A DNA stretch of 64,000 bases from Minisyncoccota bacterium (GCA_035559235.1 DATMBM010000016.1:28431-92430), one strand, 5' to 3'. Shown: positions 28,766 to 38,962, numbered from the stretch's first letter. The notes: generated by a model from the sequence alone, not told the origin. A program made the numbers and translations.

Positions 28766-30441
28766 ACTTTCTCCGGCGCGGGAATGCCAAGGAGCCACAA
28801 GCCATTCTTGAGCGTGAGGCGCGTGATGTCAGCCACCGCGACTTTGTGCGCAGCCGCCGGAGTACCATCGAGGATCTGTTCTTTCGCGTACCAGCTGTTG
28901 AATGCGGACGCTATCATGATCAGATAATTAGCAACAATATGCGGCTCGAGCTGTTCCTGCGCCCGCACGACGGTCTCATAGAATCGGTAGACAAGGCGTG
29001 TTAGATCACTCGGCGGAGCGCCCGCGTCGAATTTCCCCTTCACTTTCGCCTCCTTCGCCTTTTCCATGATCGCGTGACAGCGTGCGTGCGTGTACTGGAG
29101 ATACGGCCCGGAGTCACCTTCGATCGAGAGCGCCTGCTCGCGGTTAAACACAATATCTTTTCCCATCGCGCCTTTCAGGATTTGGAATTTAATCGCCGCG
29201 ACGGCGATGTCTTGTGCGAGCTTTTCCTTATCTCGCGCGCGGCTCTCCGCCGCGCGCGCCTTTGCCACGTCGGCCAAATCCTCAATCAACGATTCTCCGG
29301 TGACGACATTGCCCGTGCGCGAGGACATCTTTCCTTCCTGTAGGCGCATCATCCCGTGCGAGACATGTCTCGTTTTTGCGGCGAGCTCCGGAAAGACTTC
29401 GCTCATCGCCGCAAGGAGCACCTTGAAATACTCGTTAATCTCATTGCCGGTGACGATCACCGACGTGTCGTACTTGAATGTGTCATACTTCATCTTCGAG
29501 AGCCCCAATTCTTTCGCCTCATACGTCGGCAGGCCTTCTGAATTCAGGAAGACGCGGGTGTGCAACCCTTTCTTTTCGCCGTCGTAGACGATGGCACCTT
29601 CGCTTTCCTTGAAAACGCCGTCTGCGACGTGTTTCTCAACCACCTGTTTGCCAAACGGCCCGGTCTCACTCTCGAAAAAATAGTAATCAAATTTCGTGCC
29701 GAGAATGTCGTACAGCTCCTCGAAATGCGCAAGTGACGTCTTTCGCCCTTCGTCGTACAGCTTGGTGATCGCCTTGTCGGAACGCTCGTACACCTTTTTG
29801 TTGATCGCGGTAATTTCTTCTTTTACCGGCGAACCATCGACATCCGCGGCCGCGCCTGCTGCATACGCGCGTCCCAACGCTTTCACATCCTTCGCACTTT
29901 CTCCGCTCTGCAGCAGCCCCCAAATTGCGCGCGCAACATGACGGCCAACATCGCCCTGGTAATTAGCGCGCTTCACGGTGGCGCCGGAAAACGCGAACAG
30001 GCGCGAAATGCTCTCGCCAATCGCGTTCGTTACGAGGTGGCCGATGTGGAATTCCTTAAATGGATTCGGGTCGGTGTATTCCACGATCACTTTCTTTCCC
30101 TTTAGACCGACGCCGCTGCCCCATTTCTCGCCATGCTTCCGTCCGATTTCCAGCATCTCATACAGATATTCCGGTGAGAGCGTGAAATTGATGAATCCTG
30201 GACCGGCGACTTCGACGCTCGCAACACCTTCGGCGTCGCGAACGGCCGCAGCGAGCTGTTCCGCAAGCTCGCGCGGGTTTTTCCCGAGCTGTTTTGCGTA
30301 AACGAGTGCGACATTTGAAGCGTAATCGCCGTGAGAAAGGTCGGCCGTATGTTCGAGCACAATGTCTTCGGGGACGACGGAACTACCCGCCCCGGCGAGT
30401 GCCTGTGCGAGTCGTTCACGAATTGAGGAAACGGGGTCCAT
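28762..30441 (-). CDS. argS: Arginine--tRNA ligase
   Basis: HGDYASN, AGPGFINF, PNPFKEFHIGH, KMSSRTG, GPYLQYTHAR, LGIPAPEKV. Confidence 0.97.
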   Translation of the reverse strand: MDPVSSIRERLAQALAGAGSSVVPEDIVLEHTADLSHGDYASNVALVYAKQLGKNPRELAEQLAAAVRDAEGVASVEVAGPGFINFTLSPEYLYEMLEIGRKHGEKWGSGVGLKGKKVIVEYTDPNPFKEFHIGHLVTNAIGESISRLFAFSGATVKRANYQGDVGRHVARAIWGLLQSGESAKDVKALGRAYAAGAAADVDGSPVKEEITAINKKVYERSDKAITKLYDEGRKTSLAHFEELYDILGTKFDYYFFESETGPFGKQVVEKHVADGVFKESEGAIVYDGEKKGLHTRVFLNSEGLPTYEAKELGLSKMKYDTFKYDTSVIVTGNEINEYFKVLLAAMSEVFPELAAKTRHVSHGMMRLQEGKMSSRTGNVVTGESLIEDLADVAKARAAESRARDKEKLAQDIAVAAIKFQILKGAMGKDIVFNREQALSIEGDSGPYLQYTHARCHAIMEKAKEAKVKGKFDAGAPPSDLTRLVYRFYETVVRAQEQLEPHIVANYLIMIASAFNSWYAKEQILDGTPAAAHKVAVADITRLTLKNGLWLLGIPAPEKV

Positions 30442-30459
30442 GCTGGAATTGTAGTAGGT

Positions 30460-31089
30460 CTAGCGGAGCGCGTCCTCTACCTTCTTGGCGATAGCTTCGG
30501 GAGACTCGCCCTCGCGGCACGCGACCGTGCGCCACTCTTTTCTTTTCGCAAGGTACGCGTACTCAGCCGCGACCGCTTTTTGGTATTTCGCATCTTGTTC
30601 ATTCGTATCGAGCTTGCCGCTACGCTCTTTGTGCAAACGTTTCCGCGAAAGCGAGACGGGGATAGAAAGATAGATGACACGATCCGGGCGCGGAAGCTTG
30701 AAGGAACCATATTCCAAATCTTCGAAAAATTTACGAAAGGCCTGGCGCTTCTTCGACTGGCAGAGCGCCGCATTGAATGCGAGATTACTCGTCACATATC
30801 GATCGCAGAGCACGATTCCCTTCTTGCGGGCAGCCAGCAACTTGTCCCGCATTAGCACCTGGTCTATCGCGTACGGGAACGAGCGGTAGTACGCGTTGAT
30901 GTTCCGAAAATCCCCGTGCTTGCCGCGGAGCGCATCTCGAATGAATCCTCCGATGGCGCTCGAATAGTTGGGAAAACTGAACACGGTCACGGTATGACCC
31001 TTCGCTCGAAGCCGTTTGGTGAGGAGCCGTATCTGCGTCGCTTTCCCTGAGCCGTCGAGTCCCTCGATAACGAAAAATCGCCCTTTCAT
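30460..31089 (-). CDS. tmk: Thymidylate kinase
   Basis: FFVIEGLDGSGKATQ P-loop, CDRY, PRPD. Confidence 0.93.
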   Translation of the reverse strand: MKGRFFVIEGLDGSGKATQIRLLTKRLRAKGHTVTVFSFPNYSSAIGGFIRDALRGKHGDFRNINAYYRSFPYAIDQVLMRDKLLAARKKGIVLCDRYVTSNLAFNAALCQSKKRQAFRKFFEDLEYGSFKLPRPDRVIYLSIPVSLSRKRLHKERSGKLDTNEQDAKYQKAVAAEYAYLAKRKEWRTVACREGESPEAIAKKVEDALR

Positions 31090-31205
31090 GGGGCGATTAT
31101 ACTGGCAAGCGAGGAGAAAGCGAAAGGCGTTCTCTCATTCTCAAAGCACCGCTTGCATACCCAGCGGACTGTCGTTCATTTCGCGAAGCAGACCAAGTAC
31201 CACGA

Positions 31206-31658
31206 TTACCGTGGGCCCTGCTGTGCTGCTTGTTCGAAGTACATTAAAAACGCTTTCGCCTGCGCAATTTGCGCGCTCCAACGTCCAACTGCCGATTGCA
31301 GTTCCTTTTCCTCCTCGTCGGTACGCATGTTTCGGTAATCAATCGGCGCAAGCTTGGCGCATATGTCATTAATTTCCTCCAACTTGGTTCGTATCTCGAC
31401 AGCACTGGGCATGTCTTCGATCCGCACATCGCGTGTCGCGGGGTTCTCCAAAATTGCGTTCAGTTGCGTGATGCAATTGTTTGATTGATTCCACAAACTG
31501 CGAAAATTATCATTTTTGAGCTTCTCGACGCGCTGCTGCGCCCTATCTGGATCAAAGCGAAGGGCCTTCAGATTTGCAGCCTTCGTGAACGAATATATGT
31601 CTGCTCCGCGCGAGCGGTCTGGGGTATTGTCGTTATTGTCAGGAAAATCCTCAGCCAT
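31206..31658 (-). CDS. Hypothetical helical protein (150 aa)
   Basis: Open frame with TAAAAT-6nt-ATG start; occupies the position normally held by rplA. Confidence 0.7.
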   Translation of the reverse strand: MAEDFPDNNDNTPDRSRGADIYSFTKAANLKALRFDPDRAQQRVEKLKNDNFRSLWNQSNNCITQLNAILENPATRDVRIEDMPSAVEIRTKLEEINDICAKLAPIDYRNMRTDEEEKELQSAVGRWSAQIAQAKAFLMYFEQAAQQGPR

Positions 31659-31683
31659 GCGCGCATTTTAACACGCGCAACGG

Positions 31684-32106
31684 TTACAGTTCGGGATCAA
31701 TTCCCATGCTGCGGGCAGTCCCGGCGATGACTTTCTTTGCCTGTTCAAGATCCTGCGTGTTCAAATCTTCCATTTTCTCCTGCGCGATCTCTGCGAGCTG
31801 TTGCTTGGTCAATTTCGCGATTTTGTTCTGCGGCTTCTGCGAGCCCTTCTCGATGCCGAGTTTCTTCAAGATGAGGCGCGATGCCGGCGGCTTTTTGACG
31901 ATAAAAGTAAACGAGCGGTCCTTGTAGACCGTAAGGATGACCGGGACAGTCTGCCCCATCAAGGGGCGCGTCTGCGTGTTGAATTGGTTGACGAACTCCC
32001 CAATATTGACGCCGGCAGGACCGAGGGCCGTACCGACTGGCGGCGCAGGCGTGGCCTGTCCGGCTGTAATCTGCAATTTGATGACTTTCGTGATTTCTTT
32101 TGCCAT
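31684..32106 (-). CDS. rplK: 50S ribosomal protein L11
   Basis: [28 protein letters not shown]. Confidence 0.98.
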   Translation of the reverse strand: MAKEITKVIKLQITAGQATPAPPVGTALGPAGVNIGEFVNQFNTQTRPLMGQTVPVILTVYKDRSFTFIVKKPPASRLILKKLGIEKGSQKPQNKIAKLTKQQLAEIAQEKMEDLNTQDLEQAKKVIAGTARSMGIDPEL

Positions 32107-32111
32107 ATGAA

Positions 32112-32654
32112 TTAGAGACGTTGTACCTGGTCGGCTTCAAGTTCCACAGGGGTCTCGCGGCCGAACATGGGAACCAACACTTTAACTTTTCCGCGCTCTT
32201 CGTCAATCTCGCCCACCTTGCCCTCGAGGTCCTTAAACGGGCCGTCGACGATGATGACCGCATCGCCCTCGGTGAGATCGATCGCGTGGCGCACCTGTCC
32301 GCCGGCGGTGCGCTTGAGGATTTTATCCACCTCTTCCTGCGAAAGCGGCACTGCCTGGTTTGCCGTTCCGACGAAACCCGTCACTTGCGGCGTGTTGCGC
32401 ACAACCGACCACGCGTCATCGGTCGCGATCATGTCCACCAGCACGTAGCCGGGGAAGATTTTCTCGCGCACTTCGGTCTTGCGGCCGTTTTTAATCTTGA
32501 TCTTCGTCTCGGTCGGTACGACGACGTCGAAAATTTTCTCTTGCATGCCGAACGATTCGACGCGCTGGCGCAAATTGCGCGCGACCGCGTCTTCATATCC
32601 GGAATAGGTGTGGACCGCGTACCATTCCCTCTCTGTGCCGTAGGTTTGCTTCAT
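32112..32654 (-). CDS. nusG: Transcription termination/antitermination factor NusG
   Basis: [36 protein letters not shown]. Confidence 0.98.
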   Translation of the reverse strand: MKQTYGTEREWYAVHTYSGYEDAVARNLRQRVESFGMQEKIFDVVVPTETKIKIKNGRKTEVREKIFPGYVLVDMIATDDAWSVVRNTPQVTGFVGTANQAVPLSQEEVDKILKRTAGGQVRHAIDLTEGDAVIIVDGPFKDLEGKVGEIDEERGKVKVLVPMFGRETPVELEADQVQRL

Positions 32655-32655
32655 A

Positions 32656-32940
32656 TTATTCCGCGTCGGGGACGAGGGTATCGATATCGGGCGTCGTCGG
32701 GGCTACCGGTTCCGTCTCGATGTCCTGGATTTCAAACGGAGCATTTGACGAGCCGGGGAACAGTTCGACAACTTCGCCAAGGCCGGTCGTAAAGATGTAG
32801 TCGAAGAACCCGAGATAGAGCGAGGTGAGGATGGAGACGATGATCACGAGTGCCGTGAACACGATCGTTTGCACACGTGTCGGCCACGCGACGTGGCGCA
32901 GTTCTCCGCGGGTGTCTTTCAAATATTGTACGAATCCCAT
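32656..32940 (-). CDS. secE: Preprotein translocase subunit SecE
   Basis: ELRHVAWPTR plus one TM; upstream of nusG. Confidence 0.93.
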   Translation of the reverse strand: MGFVQYLKDTRGELRHVAWPTRVQTIVFTALVIIVSILTSLYLGFFDYIFTTGLGEVVELFPGSSNAPFEIQDIETEPVAPTTPDIDTLVPDAE

Positions 32941-33038
32941 GGTGATATCGGTTTGCCTAAATTAAAACCCCCTGCGGGGGCTTAACTACGCGACGGATTG
33001 TAGGGCAGATTGCGCCGAAAGTCAAGCGAGAGCGCTCA

Positions 33039-33072
33039 GCGCCCGCACCTCTCCAAGGAGAGGTGCGGGCGC
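33039..33072 (-). terminator. GC-rich hairpin after the SIMPL gene
   Basis: GCGCCCGCACCTCTCC-AA-GGAGAGGTGCGGGCGC; no clear U-tract. Confidence 0.55.
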
Positions 33073-33088
33073 ATTCGTTACACATCCA

Positions 33089-33919
33089 TTACCGTATTTC
33101 GTATGTCACGTGCACGTTTGAGGTGATTTTGTTTTCACCCGTCGGGAGTTCCGGGGCAACCTTCGATTCCATTGCTACGGCATCCAGCGCGACCGCGCCG
33201 CCGCGGGCATAGTATGGCATCGGAGGATATCCGTACGAATCTTCGCTGAAACCGACGACGCGGACAATGCTGACGCCGAGCTGCTGGGCGAGCGCCTGCG
33301 CCTTTTCGCGCGCCTCGTCGATTGCCATTTGGCGCGCCTGCGCCTGGAGCTCGTCCTCATCTTCAATCGTAAACGAAAGGCTTGAGACTTCCGAAGCGCC
33401 ACGACTGCCGACGCCAGTGAGCAACTCACCTGCTTTTTGCGGATCCTGCACCTTCACTTCGATCATCTGCCACACTTCGAAGCCGACCAGGCGCTGGTTC
33501 GACGGCGGGCACGAGAATTCGGTGCATACGACTCGCGTGTACTCGTATTTCGGATTCACGTTGTAATTGACGGTCTTGATGTCATTTTCCTCGACACCGG
33601 CACTCTTCAGGTACGCAATGATGTCGTTCGCTTTTTCTGTCGCTTCGTCCTGTGCGACAGCAACGGTCGGGGCTTCTTCACGAATAGTGACCGTAAATGT
33701 CGCGCGATCAGGTACTGCGAATACTTCACCGGTGCCGCTCACGCTAATCGTGTTGCTTGCGGTCACGCCGGAACCGATGTAGCGATACTCCTTAAATGTC
33801 TTAAAGGTCTGCGCAAGCAAGAAAAGCGCGAGAAGACCGAGGGTCACGGCGCCAATGCGGATAATAAGTTCTGGCGGCATCATGCGCATGCGGCGCTCAC
33901 CGCCCATTTGTTCATCCAT
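33089..33919 (-). CDS. SIMPL (DUF541) domain protein
   Basis: TISVSGTGEVFAVPD, AREKAQALAQQLG, ITSNVHVTYEI. Confidence 0.93.
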   Translation of the reverse strand: MDEQMGGERRMRMMPPELIIRIGAVTLGLLALFLLAQTFKTFKEYRYIGSGVTASNTISVSGTGEVFAVPDRATFTVTIREEAPTVAVAQDEATEKANDIIAYLKSAGVEENDIKTVNYNVNPKYEYTRVVCTEFSCPPSNQRLVGFEVWQMIEVKVQDPQKAGELLTGVGSRGASEVSSLSFTIEDEDELQAQARQMAIDEAREKAQALAQQLGVSIVRVVGFSEDSYGYPPMPYYARGGAVALDAVAMESKVAPELPTGENKITSNVHVTYEIR

Positions 33920-34046
33920 ATATACTCGTATGAAAACGAATGGTTATTAATGTGATACTAAAATGGTAGCACGACCATGTGCCTTCATACGACGTTCACC
34001 GTTGATATGTCTTACTTCCGGCTGGTGCTCTTTATTCGTATATAAC

Positions 34047-34076
34047 GACGCGGCCGCCCTTCGGGGCGGCCGCGTC
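34047..34076 (-). terminator. Hairpin terminator
   Basis: GACGCGGCCGCCC-TTCG-GGGCGGCCGCGTC after the DUF378 gene. Confidence 0.65.
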
Positions 34077-34090
34077 TTCATGAAAAACAC

Positions 34091-34333
34091 CTACATCATT
34101 CCACCCGGATTGCACATGCGGCAATCGCTCTTGTGCGTGAAGACAAGATAGACCGCCGAGAGACCGACGAGGAGGTACACAAGGCCCTCGACCATCGGCC
34201 AGGCTCCGAGGACGAGATTAACGAGGTTCCAGTTTCCGCCGAGGAAACCTCCCAGTCCGACGAGCCCCCAATTGAGCGCTCCAACCATGGCAAGGACGAA
34301 TGTGACCATGTGCAGCGTCTTATTTCCTTTCAT
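34091..34333 (-). CDS. DUF378 family membrane protein
   Basis: VGALNWGLVG...VYLLVGLSAVY. Confidence 0.92.
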   Translation of the reverse strand: MKGNKTLHMVTFVLAMVGALNWGLVGLGGFLGGNWNLVNLVLGAWPMVEGLVYLLVGLSAVYLVFTHKSDCRMCNPGGMM

Positions 34334-34417
34334 AGGAGAAAGAGATACGCATACTATATCGACCTTTGCTTCAGTATAGGCCGCTCATGCCCTACGCGAG
34401 CATGGTATGTGTACAAC

Positions 34418-34663
34418 TCACTCGGGCTTGGGCGGATGTATTGAAAATTCAATACGGCTGATCTCTTCCGATTGATACTTTCCTTCTGCGCCGACCACGT
34501 ACACTTTCAGGCCGCCACCGCCGCTTTTCGTATTGACGACTGAGAGGCTGAACTTGATCGGTCCGCGCACCGCGTATCCCTTGCGTGTTTTCAGTGCATC
34601 ATCGATGTCATCCAGCACGGAGTCTATGTAATCCTTGAGCGCGCGGGGTTTGGGTTTTGACAT
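34418..34663 (-). CDS. Trypco2-like small protein (81 aa)
   Basis: LKDYIDSVLDDI...IKFSLSV...GGGGLKVYVVGAEG...SRIEFSI resembles trypsin-co-occurring domain 2. Confidence 0.6.
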   Translation of the reverse strand: MSKPKPRALKDYIDSVLDDIDDALKTRKGYAVRGPIKFSLSVVNTKSGGGGLKVYVVGAEGKYQSEEISRIEFSIHPPKPE

Positions 34664-34664
34664 G

Positions 34665-34737
34665 GGCGATCGCCGGGAATCGAACCCGAATCGAGAGCTC
34701 CACAAGCTCCAGTGTTGACCGTTACACCACGATCGCC
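34665..34737 (-). tRNA. tRNA-His(GTG)
   Basis: G-1, acceptor GCGATCG/CGATCGC, C73, anticodon loop TTGTGGA, GGTTCGATTCC; no full CCA encoded. Confidence 0.93.
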
Positions 34738-34785
34738 ATCAAACATGTGTGTTATAGCAAATTCATTGCCTTAGCGCGAGACGCG

Positions 34786-34811
34786 ATGCGGCCGCCTGAC
34801 GGCGGCCGCAT
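34786..34811 (-). terminator. Hairpin terminator
   Basis: ATGCGGCCGCC-TGAC-GGCGGCCGCAT after the DUF4383 gene. Confidence 0.6.
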
Positions 34812-34832
34812 TTCCCGAGTCCCCTCGAGAAA

Positions 34833-35231
34833 CTACATCGCTGTACCCATACCTGCCGGAGTCGCTGCTGCAGCCGGCGAATCTTTCATCATAAAGCCGG
34901 CGTAGAGCGCAACCGCTGCGATCGCGAGATGGAGCAGATTGTCGGCCATGTTGACGCCGAAGAGGCCAAGGACCGTGTCGCCCTGCACGAACCCGACGAC
35001 TGTGACGACGGCATAGACGACGCCGAATACCTGGAAGTAGAGGCGCGAACTATACATGCCCCAAGCGGCAGCAAGTGCCGCAAGGCCGGTGACGATATGG
35101 ATGATATTGTGGAGCGCGTCCACGTGGAAGATGCCGAGGAGCATCCCGTCAGTCGTCACCCCCGGAACAAAGCCCAGGATCCCGACAAGAGTGAGTACGA
35201 TACCAAAAACCCATGCGAGTGTTTGAACCAT
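34833..35231 (-). CDS. DUF4383 family membrane protein
   Basis: VGILGFVPG, HNIIHIVTG, ADNLLHL. Confidence 0.9.
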   Translation of the reverse strand: MVQTLAWVFGIVLTLVGILGFVPGVTTDGMLLGIFHVDALHNIIHIVTGLAALAAAWGMYSSRLYFQVFGVVYAVVTVVGFVQGDTVLGLFGVNMADNLLHLAIAAVALYAGFMMKDSPAAAATPAGMGTAM

Positions 35232-35368
35232 ACGAGTCTCAACTATTGGAGTACCTAGTTGGTAAATCCCCTTGTATTGGCGCGGAAATGGCACCAACAA
35301 TCGACCATTGATGATTTCATTGTGGGGCCCCTGCCGCAGCCCCGTCAAGGAAGGACGGTGGATGACTG

Positions 35369-36472
35369 TTAACGCTCAAGAAGGACGGTTTCCGAGGGCG
35401 TCTCGACGTTTTCGACCCGGAACGATACCCGGCCGATAAGCTTGCCCTGGTTGCGTACGTTCACGCGCCACCGCCCCTCCGCAGCGTTACTCAAAATTGT
35501 GTACCCCCGGTATCCGCCCTCGCGGCCGCCACTGATCGGAAAGGAAACGGAACTTCGCGTTTCCCATGATTTCGCGGCTTCGTCATAGTATTGCCACTCG
35601 TGCACGATCGTCGTCGAGAGCCGCGGCGGCGCATAGATCGCGCTAAAGACATACACGCGCTCCCCGGGAGCACGATGGAAGGTCGTATTGTAATTAAGGT
35701 ACTGCTGATACCACTCAAGAGGTTCCGCCTGCAGCGCATACACATCGCCAGTACGCTGCACGTCGTGGTACACGCCGGCCTCCTTGAGCGCGAGCGGGAT
35801 CGGCGGAATGGCGTTCGTAAAATAGAGCACGTTGAAGATGAGGAGAATCGAGCCGATGCTGCGCAACAATCGCCAGCGCGCGCCTCGGATGATGCCTGGC
35901 GCGAAGTAGCCAAATGCGCGAAGCAGGAGCACCATCACGACGACCGCAATCGCTTCGCTTACGAGAAACATCTCCGTTCCGATTCGCAGCGTCATGACCG
36001 GCAAGAAAAAAACGACGTAGGAAATGAGTGCGGTGAAAAAGATTGTTGCCTGGAATGCGAATTGCGTATACAACGTACGAAAACGCTCGTTGCCGACGAG
36101 CAACACGGCGAGGATCGCGATAAAAATCCAGCTGCTCGCGACCGCCGCACTCTGACTGTAGAGGATGACGAAGCCGCTAAAGAGCGCGCCGAAGGCGAAT
36201 TGTATTGCGGCGGGGATGAGCGGGATGATCTGGAGGAAGAGACGTCCCTTCAGACGCCCCGACTGGATGAGATGGAACAACACGATGCCCGCTGCGGCGA
36301 TCGTGAGATAACCGGAGAGCAAAAAGATGCTCGCAACAAAATCGACGTTCCGAAAAATCACCGCGTCAATCAAAAAGCCAGTGATGAGGGTGACTGGCGA
36401 GACGTACCGTTCGTACCAGTGGAGAAGCTCCTCTGTAGAGCGCGGAAGCTTGGAAAAGTACTGTCGCATCAT
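35369..36472 (-). CDS. Multi-TM protein with C-terminal DUF2914 domain
   Basis: About 7 TMs; FSAIYAP...HEW...GGREGGYRGYT...GRWRVNV. Confidence 0.88.
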   Translation of the reverse strand: MMRQYFSKLPRSTEELLHWYERYVSPVTLITGFLIDAVIFRNVDFVASIFLLSGYLTIAAAGIVLFHLIQSGRLKGRLFLQIIPLIPAAIQFAFGALFSGFVILYSQSAAVASSWIFIAILAVLLVGNERFRTLYTQFAFQATIFFTALISYVVFFLPVMTLRIGTEMFLVSEAIAVVVMVLLLRAFGYFAPGIIRGARWRLLRSIGSILLIFNVLYFTNAIPPIPLALKEAGVYHDVQRTGDVYALQAEPLEWYQQYLNYNTTFHRAPGERVYVFSAIYAPPRLSTTIVHEWQYYDEAAKSWETRSSVSFPISGGREGGYRGYTILSNAAEGRWRVNVRNQGKLIGRVSFRVENVETPSETVLLER

Positions 36473-36502
36473 CCAATACTATCAGTTTTCAGGTCACTAT
36501 TG

Positions 36503-37105
36503 TCAGAGAAAATCCTTCACCATTATCTCGCGCGCTGCTCGAAGCGCCTTCCCTCGATGGCTAATACTGTTTTTCTCCTCCAACGTCAGTTCCGCCAAGG
36601 TTTTCCCAAGCTCGTCATTTAGGAAAATCGGATCATACCCGAATCCATCCGCTCCGCGCGGCTCAGTGGTTATACTCCCCTCGCACACTCCTTCGCACGT
36701 TCTCACCTTGTCGCTTTCCGGGTCAAACACGGCAATTACGGCGCGAAAGCGCGCCGTGCGCTTTTCCTCAGGGACGTCGGCAAGCTCACTCAGCACCTTC
36801 GTGTATCGATTCTTGTCGTCGCCGGAAGCATACCGGGCGCTATACACACCAGGCCGCCCTCCGAGCGCATCGATTTCAAGCCCGGAGTCATCGGCAAGCG
36901 TAAGGAGGTTTGTTTTCCTGCCGAGTGTCATAGCCTTAATCAAGGCGTTTCCTTCAAACGTGGTTGCCGGTTCTTCCACCGCGAAATCTTTCGGTAAACC
37001 CGGGACATCATTTAGATTCAAAAACTCAAGCGGCAAATCCTTGAGTCCCGCAACTATTTCCGGAAACTTTCCCTTCGATCGGGTTGCGATGAGGAGTTGT
37101 CTCAT
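36503..37105 (-). CDS. rdgB: Non-canonical purine NTP pyrophosphatase (RdgB/HAM1)
   Basis: ATRSKGK, ADDSGL, GFGYDPIF, SHRGKAL. Confidence 0.96.
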   Translation of the reverse strand: MRQLLIATRSKGKFPEIVAGLKDLPLEFLNLNDVPGLPKDFAVEEPATTFEGNALIKAMTLGRKTNLLTLADDSGLEIDALGGRPGVYSARYASGDDKNRYTKVLSELADVPEEKRTARFRAVIAVFDPESDKVRTCEGVCEGSITTEPRGADGFGYDPIFLNDELGKTLAELTLEEKNSISHRGKALRAAREIMVKDFL

Positions 37106-37106
37106 G

Positions 37107-37190
37107 TGCGCAGGAGAGGACTCGAACCTCCATGCCCTTGCGGGCGCTACCACCTCAAGGTAGTACGTCTACCAATTTCGCCACCTGCGC
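37107..37190 (-). tRNA. tRNA-Leu(GAG)
   Basis: GCGCAGG acceptor, CTACC-TTGAGGT-GGTAG anticodon arm, long variable arm, GGTTCGAGTCC. Confidence 0.95.
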
Positions 37191-37200
37191 AGCGAAGCAA

Positions 37201-37659
37201 TTATTGCTTATTTTCCTCGGGAGTTCCAGCTTCCGCCGCTACTTCAGTTTCGGCAGTCGTTGCTTCGACAGGCGCTTCAGCCACAGGCTCTTCCGCGACC
37301 ATATCCCCGTCACGGACGAGGCGCTGACGGCGCAGCTGGCGGCGCGCTTCGCGCGCAACCTTCTCGCGTATGTAGTAGAGCTTCGCGCGGCGTACTCGCG
37401 CGCGTTTCACCAATTCGACGCGATCGATCATCGGAGAGTGTACGGGAAAAATCTTCTCGACGCCGACACCCGACGATACCTTGCGGACCGTAAACGTACC
37501 ACCCGCTTCGTTGCCATGCTTGCGCGCGAGAACGAGACCCTCAAACGCCTGCAGGCGGGTCTTTCCCTTCTCTTCGATTTTTTGCCAGACGCGCACCGTG
37601 TCTCCCGGCTTGATATCCGAGATGTTGGCGCCGCCTCCTTTGGATTTCGTTGCGATCAT
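37201..37659 (-). CDS. rplS: 50S ribosomal protein L19
   Basis: [39 protein letters not shown]. Confidence 0.97.
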   Translation of the reverse strand: MIATKSKGGGANISDIKPGDTVRVWQKIEEKGKTRLQAFEGLVLARKHGNEAGGTFTVRKVSSGVGVEKIFPVHSPMIDRVELVKRARVRRAKLYYIREKVAREARRQLRRQRLVRDGDMVAEEPVAEAPVEATTAETEVAAEAGTPEENKQ

Positions 37660-37678
37660 CGGCGGCACTCTACCACAG

Positions 37679-37951
37679 CTAGTAGATGATTTCAAATCGA
37701 CCGTATTCCTTCGTCGGCTGCCTCCACTCCACCTCGACGTTCGAAACCGTCGCTAAAAACGGGCCTTTCCGGATGTATTCGAGAAGTTTCTGCAGGCTGT
37801 CTTCGTACCCCTGCGCGACGACCTCGACGGTACCATTGGTGAGGTTGCGCACATAGCCGGTAAGCGCCAAGTGGCGCGCATGCTTTTCAACGAAGGCGCG
37901 ATACGTGACCATTTGGACCCGTCCGGAGACGATAGCGCGGAATTCTTCCAT
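37679..37951 (-). CDS. acyP: Acylphosphatase
   Basis: [17 protein letters not shown]...GTVEVVAQG; TATAGT-6nt-ATG start. Confidence 0.92.
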   Translation of the reverse strand: MEEFRAIVSGRVQMVTYRAFVEKHARHLALTGYVRNLTNGTVEVVAQGYEDSLQKLLEYIRKGPFLATVSNVEVEWRQPTKEYGRFEIIY

Positions 37952-37985
37952 TTCACCACTATACAAGATAGGATAGTCTTTAAGA

Positions 37986-38058
37986 CCCCTCGTAGTTCAA
38001 TGGATCAGAACTGCGGACTTCTAAGCCGCTAATGTAGGTTCGATTCCTACCGAGGGGA
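37986..38058 (+). tRNA. tRNA-Arg(TCT)
   Basis: CCCCTCG/CGAGGGG acceptor, loop CTTCTAA, GGTTCGATTCC. Confidence 0.92.
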
Positions 38059-38061
38059 GAT

Positions 38062-38134
38062 GCGCGGTTAGCTCAGTTGGTAGAGCAACTCGTTTACACC
38101 GAGTGGGCCGGGGGTTCGAGTCCCTCACCGCGCA
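38062..38134 (+). tRNA. tRNA-Val(TAC)
   Basis: GCGCGGT/ACCGCGC acceptor, loop TTTACAC, GGTTCGAGTCC. Confidence 0.94.
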
Positions 38135-38452
38135 CTACGAAGGATCCGACAATGCCGGCGCCGTACGACGTTCGTCGAACCGCGTCGCGCGCTCATCGAA
38201 GCCGTCGAGGATTTCTTGCAGGTCGGCGCGATTTAATGGGGCCCGCGGCGAGCCGACCGTCACGTCGCTGCCACTTCCTTCGAGCGGACGGCTGAATTCC
38301 CAGGCGCCATACGCAATACTCAGAACCGTCGACAGTGCGAAAAGTGAGATCATCAGTGCCCAGTATGCCCGCGCAATCTGCGCATGCGCCTCGGGCTCGT
38401 GCCGAGCACGGAATGCATCTCGTATTTTCATGTTTGAGGTGCTGAGTCGCAT
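38135..38452 (-). CDS. Single-TM protein, last gene of the pilMNO operon
   Basis: One TM, ends PALSDPS; contiguous with the upstream pil genes. Confidence 0.7.
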   Translation of the reverse strand: MRLSTSNMKIRDAFRARHEPEAHAQIARAYWALMISLFALSTVLSIAYGAWEFSRPLEGSGSDVTVGSPRAPLNRADLQEILDGFDERATRFDERRTAPALSDPS

Positions 38453-38453
38453 A

Positions 38454-38960
38454 CTATTGAGACGGTGAGTACAGAACGCGCAAGCGCGCGGTCAGGTGCC
38501 AGGTATTTTCCCGCTGCTCCAGCTCAAAATGATCGAGCGCCGTCGGTAACGGAAGGACTTCAAAAAGGCTCACGGCGCGCATGAGCGATCCGAACGAGCC
38601 TGAGCCGTTGACGACAATTGAAACGGCGGAGAGGCCCCCGGTCGACGGCGCCGGTGCCGCTCCCCCGATCGTGATATTGCTCACGCCCGCTGCGCGCCCC
38701 GCCTGTTCGATACTTTCAACGGCCTGCAAGATGGAAATGGCAACAACGCTCTCGAGCGCTGCGCGTTCAACTTCGGTGCTCTGCACGCTCGCGCGCAGGC
38801 GTGCCGCCGATTCGCCGCGGATCGATTCTTGTTTTGCGCTCTCAAGCGCTTCGGCATACGTCGCACGCTCCTGTCCCAGCTGCCATATGAGTCCGCCAAA
38901 GCCCGCCCACAGAGCGATTGCGACGACGACCATCAGCCATGCAATGATTGAATACCGCAT
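38454..38960 (-). CDS. PilO-like type IV pilus alignment protein
   Basis: N-terminal TM, coiled coil, ferredoxin-like C-terminus (GSFGSLMRAVSLFEVLP); follows pilM-pilN. Confidence 0.65.
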   Translation of the reverse strand: MRYSIIAWLMVVVAIALWAGFGGLIWQLGQERATYAEALESAKQESIRGESAARLRASVQSTEVERAALESVVAISILQAVESIEQAGRAAGVSNITIGGAAPAPSTGGLSAVSIVVNGSGSFGSLMRAVSLFEVLPLPTALDHFELEQRENTWHLTARLRVLYSPSQ

Positions 38961-38962
38961 AC

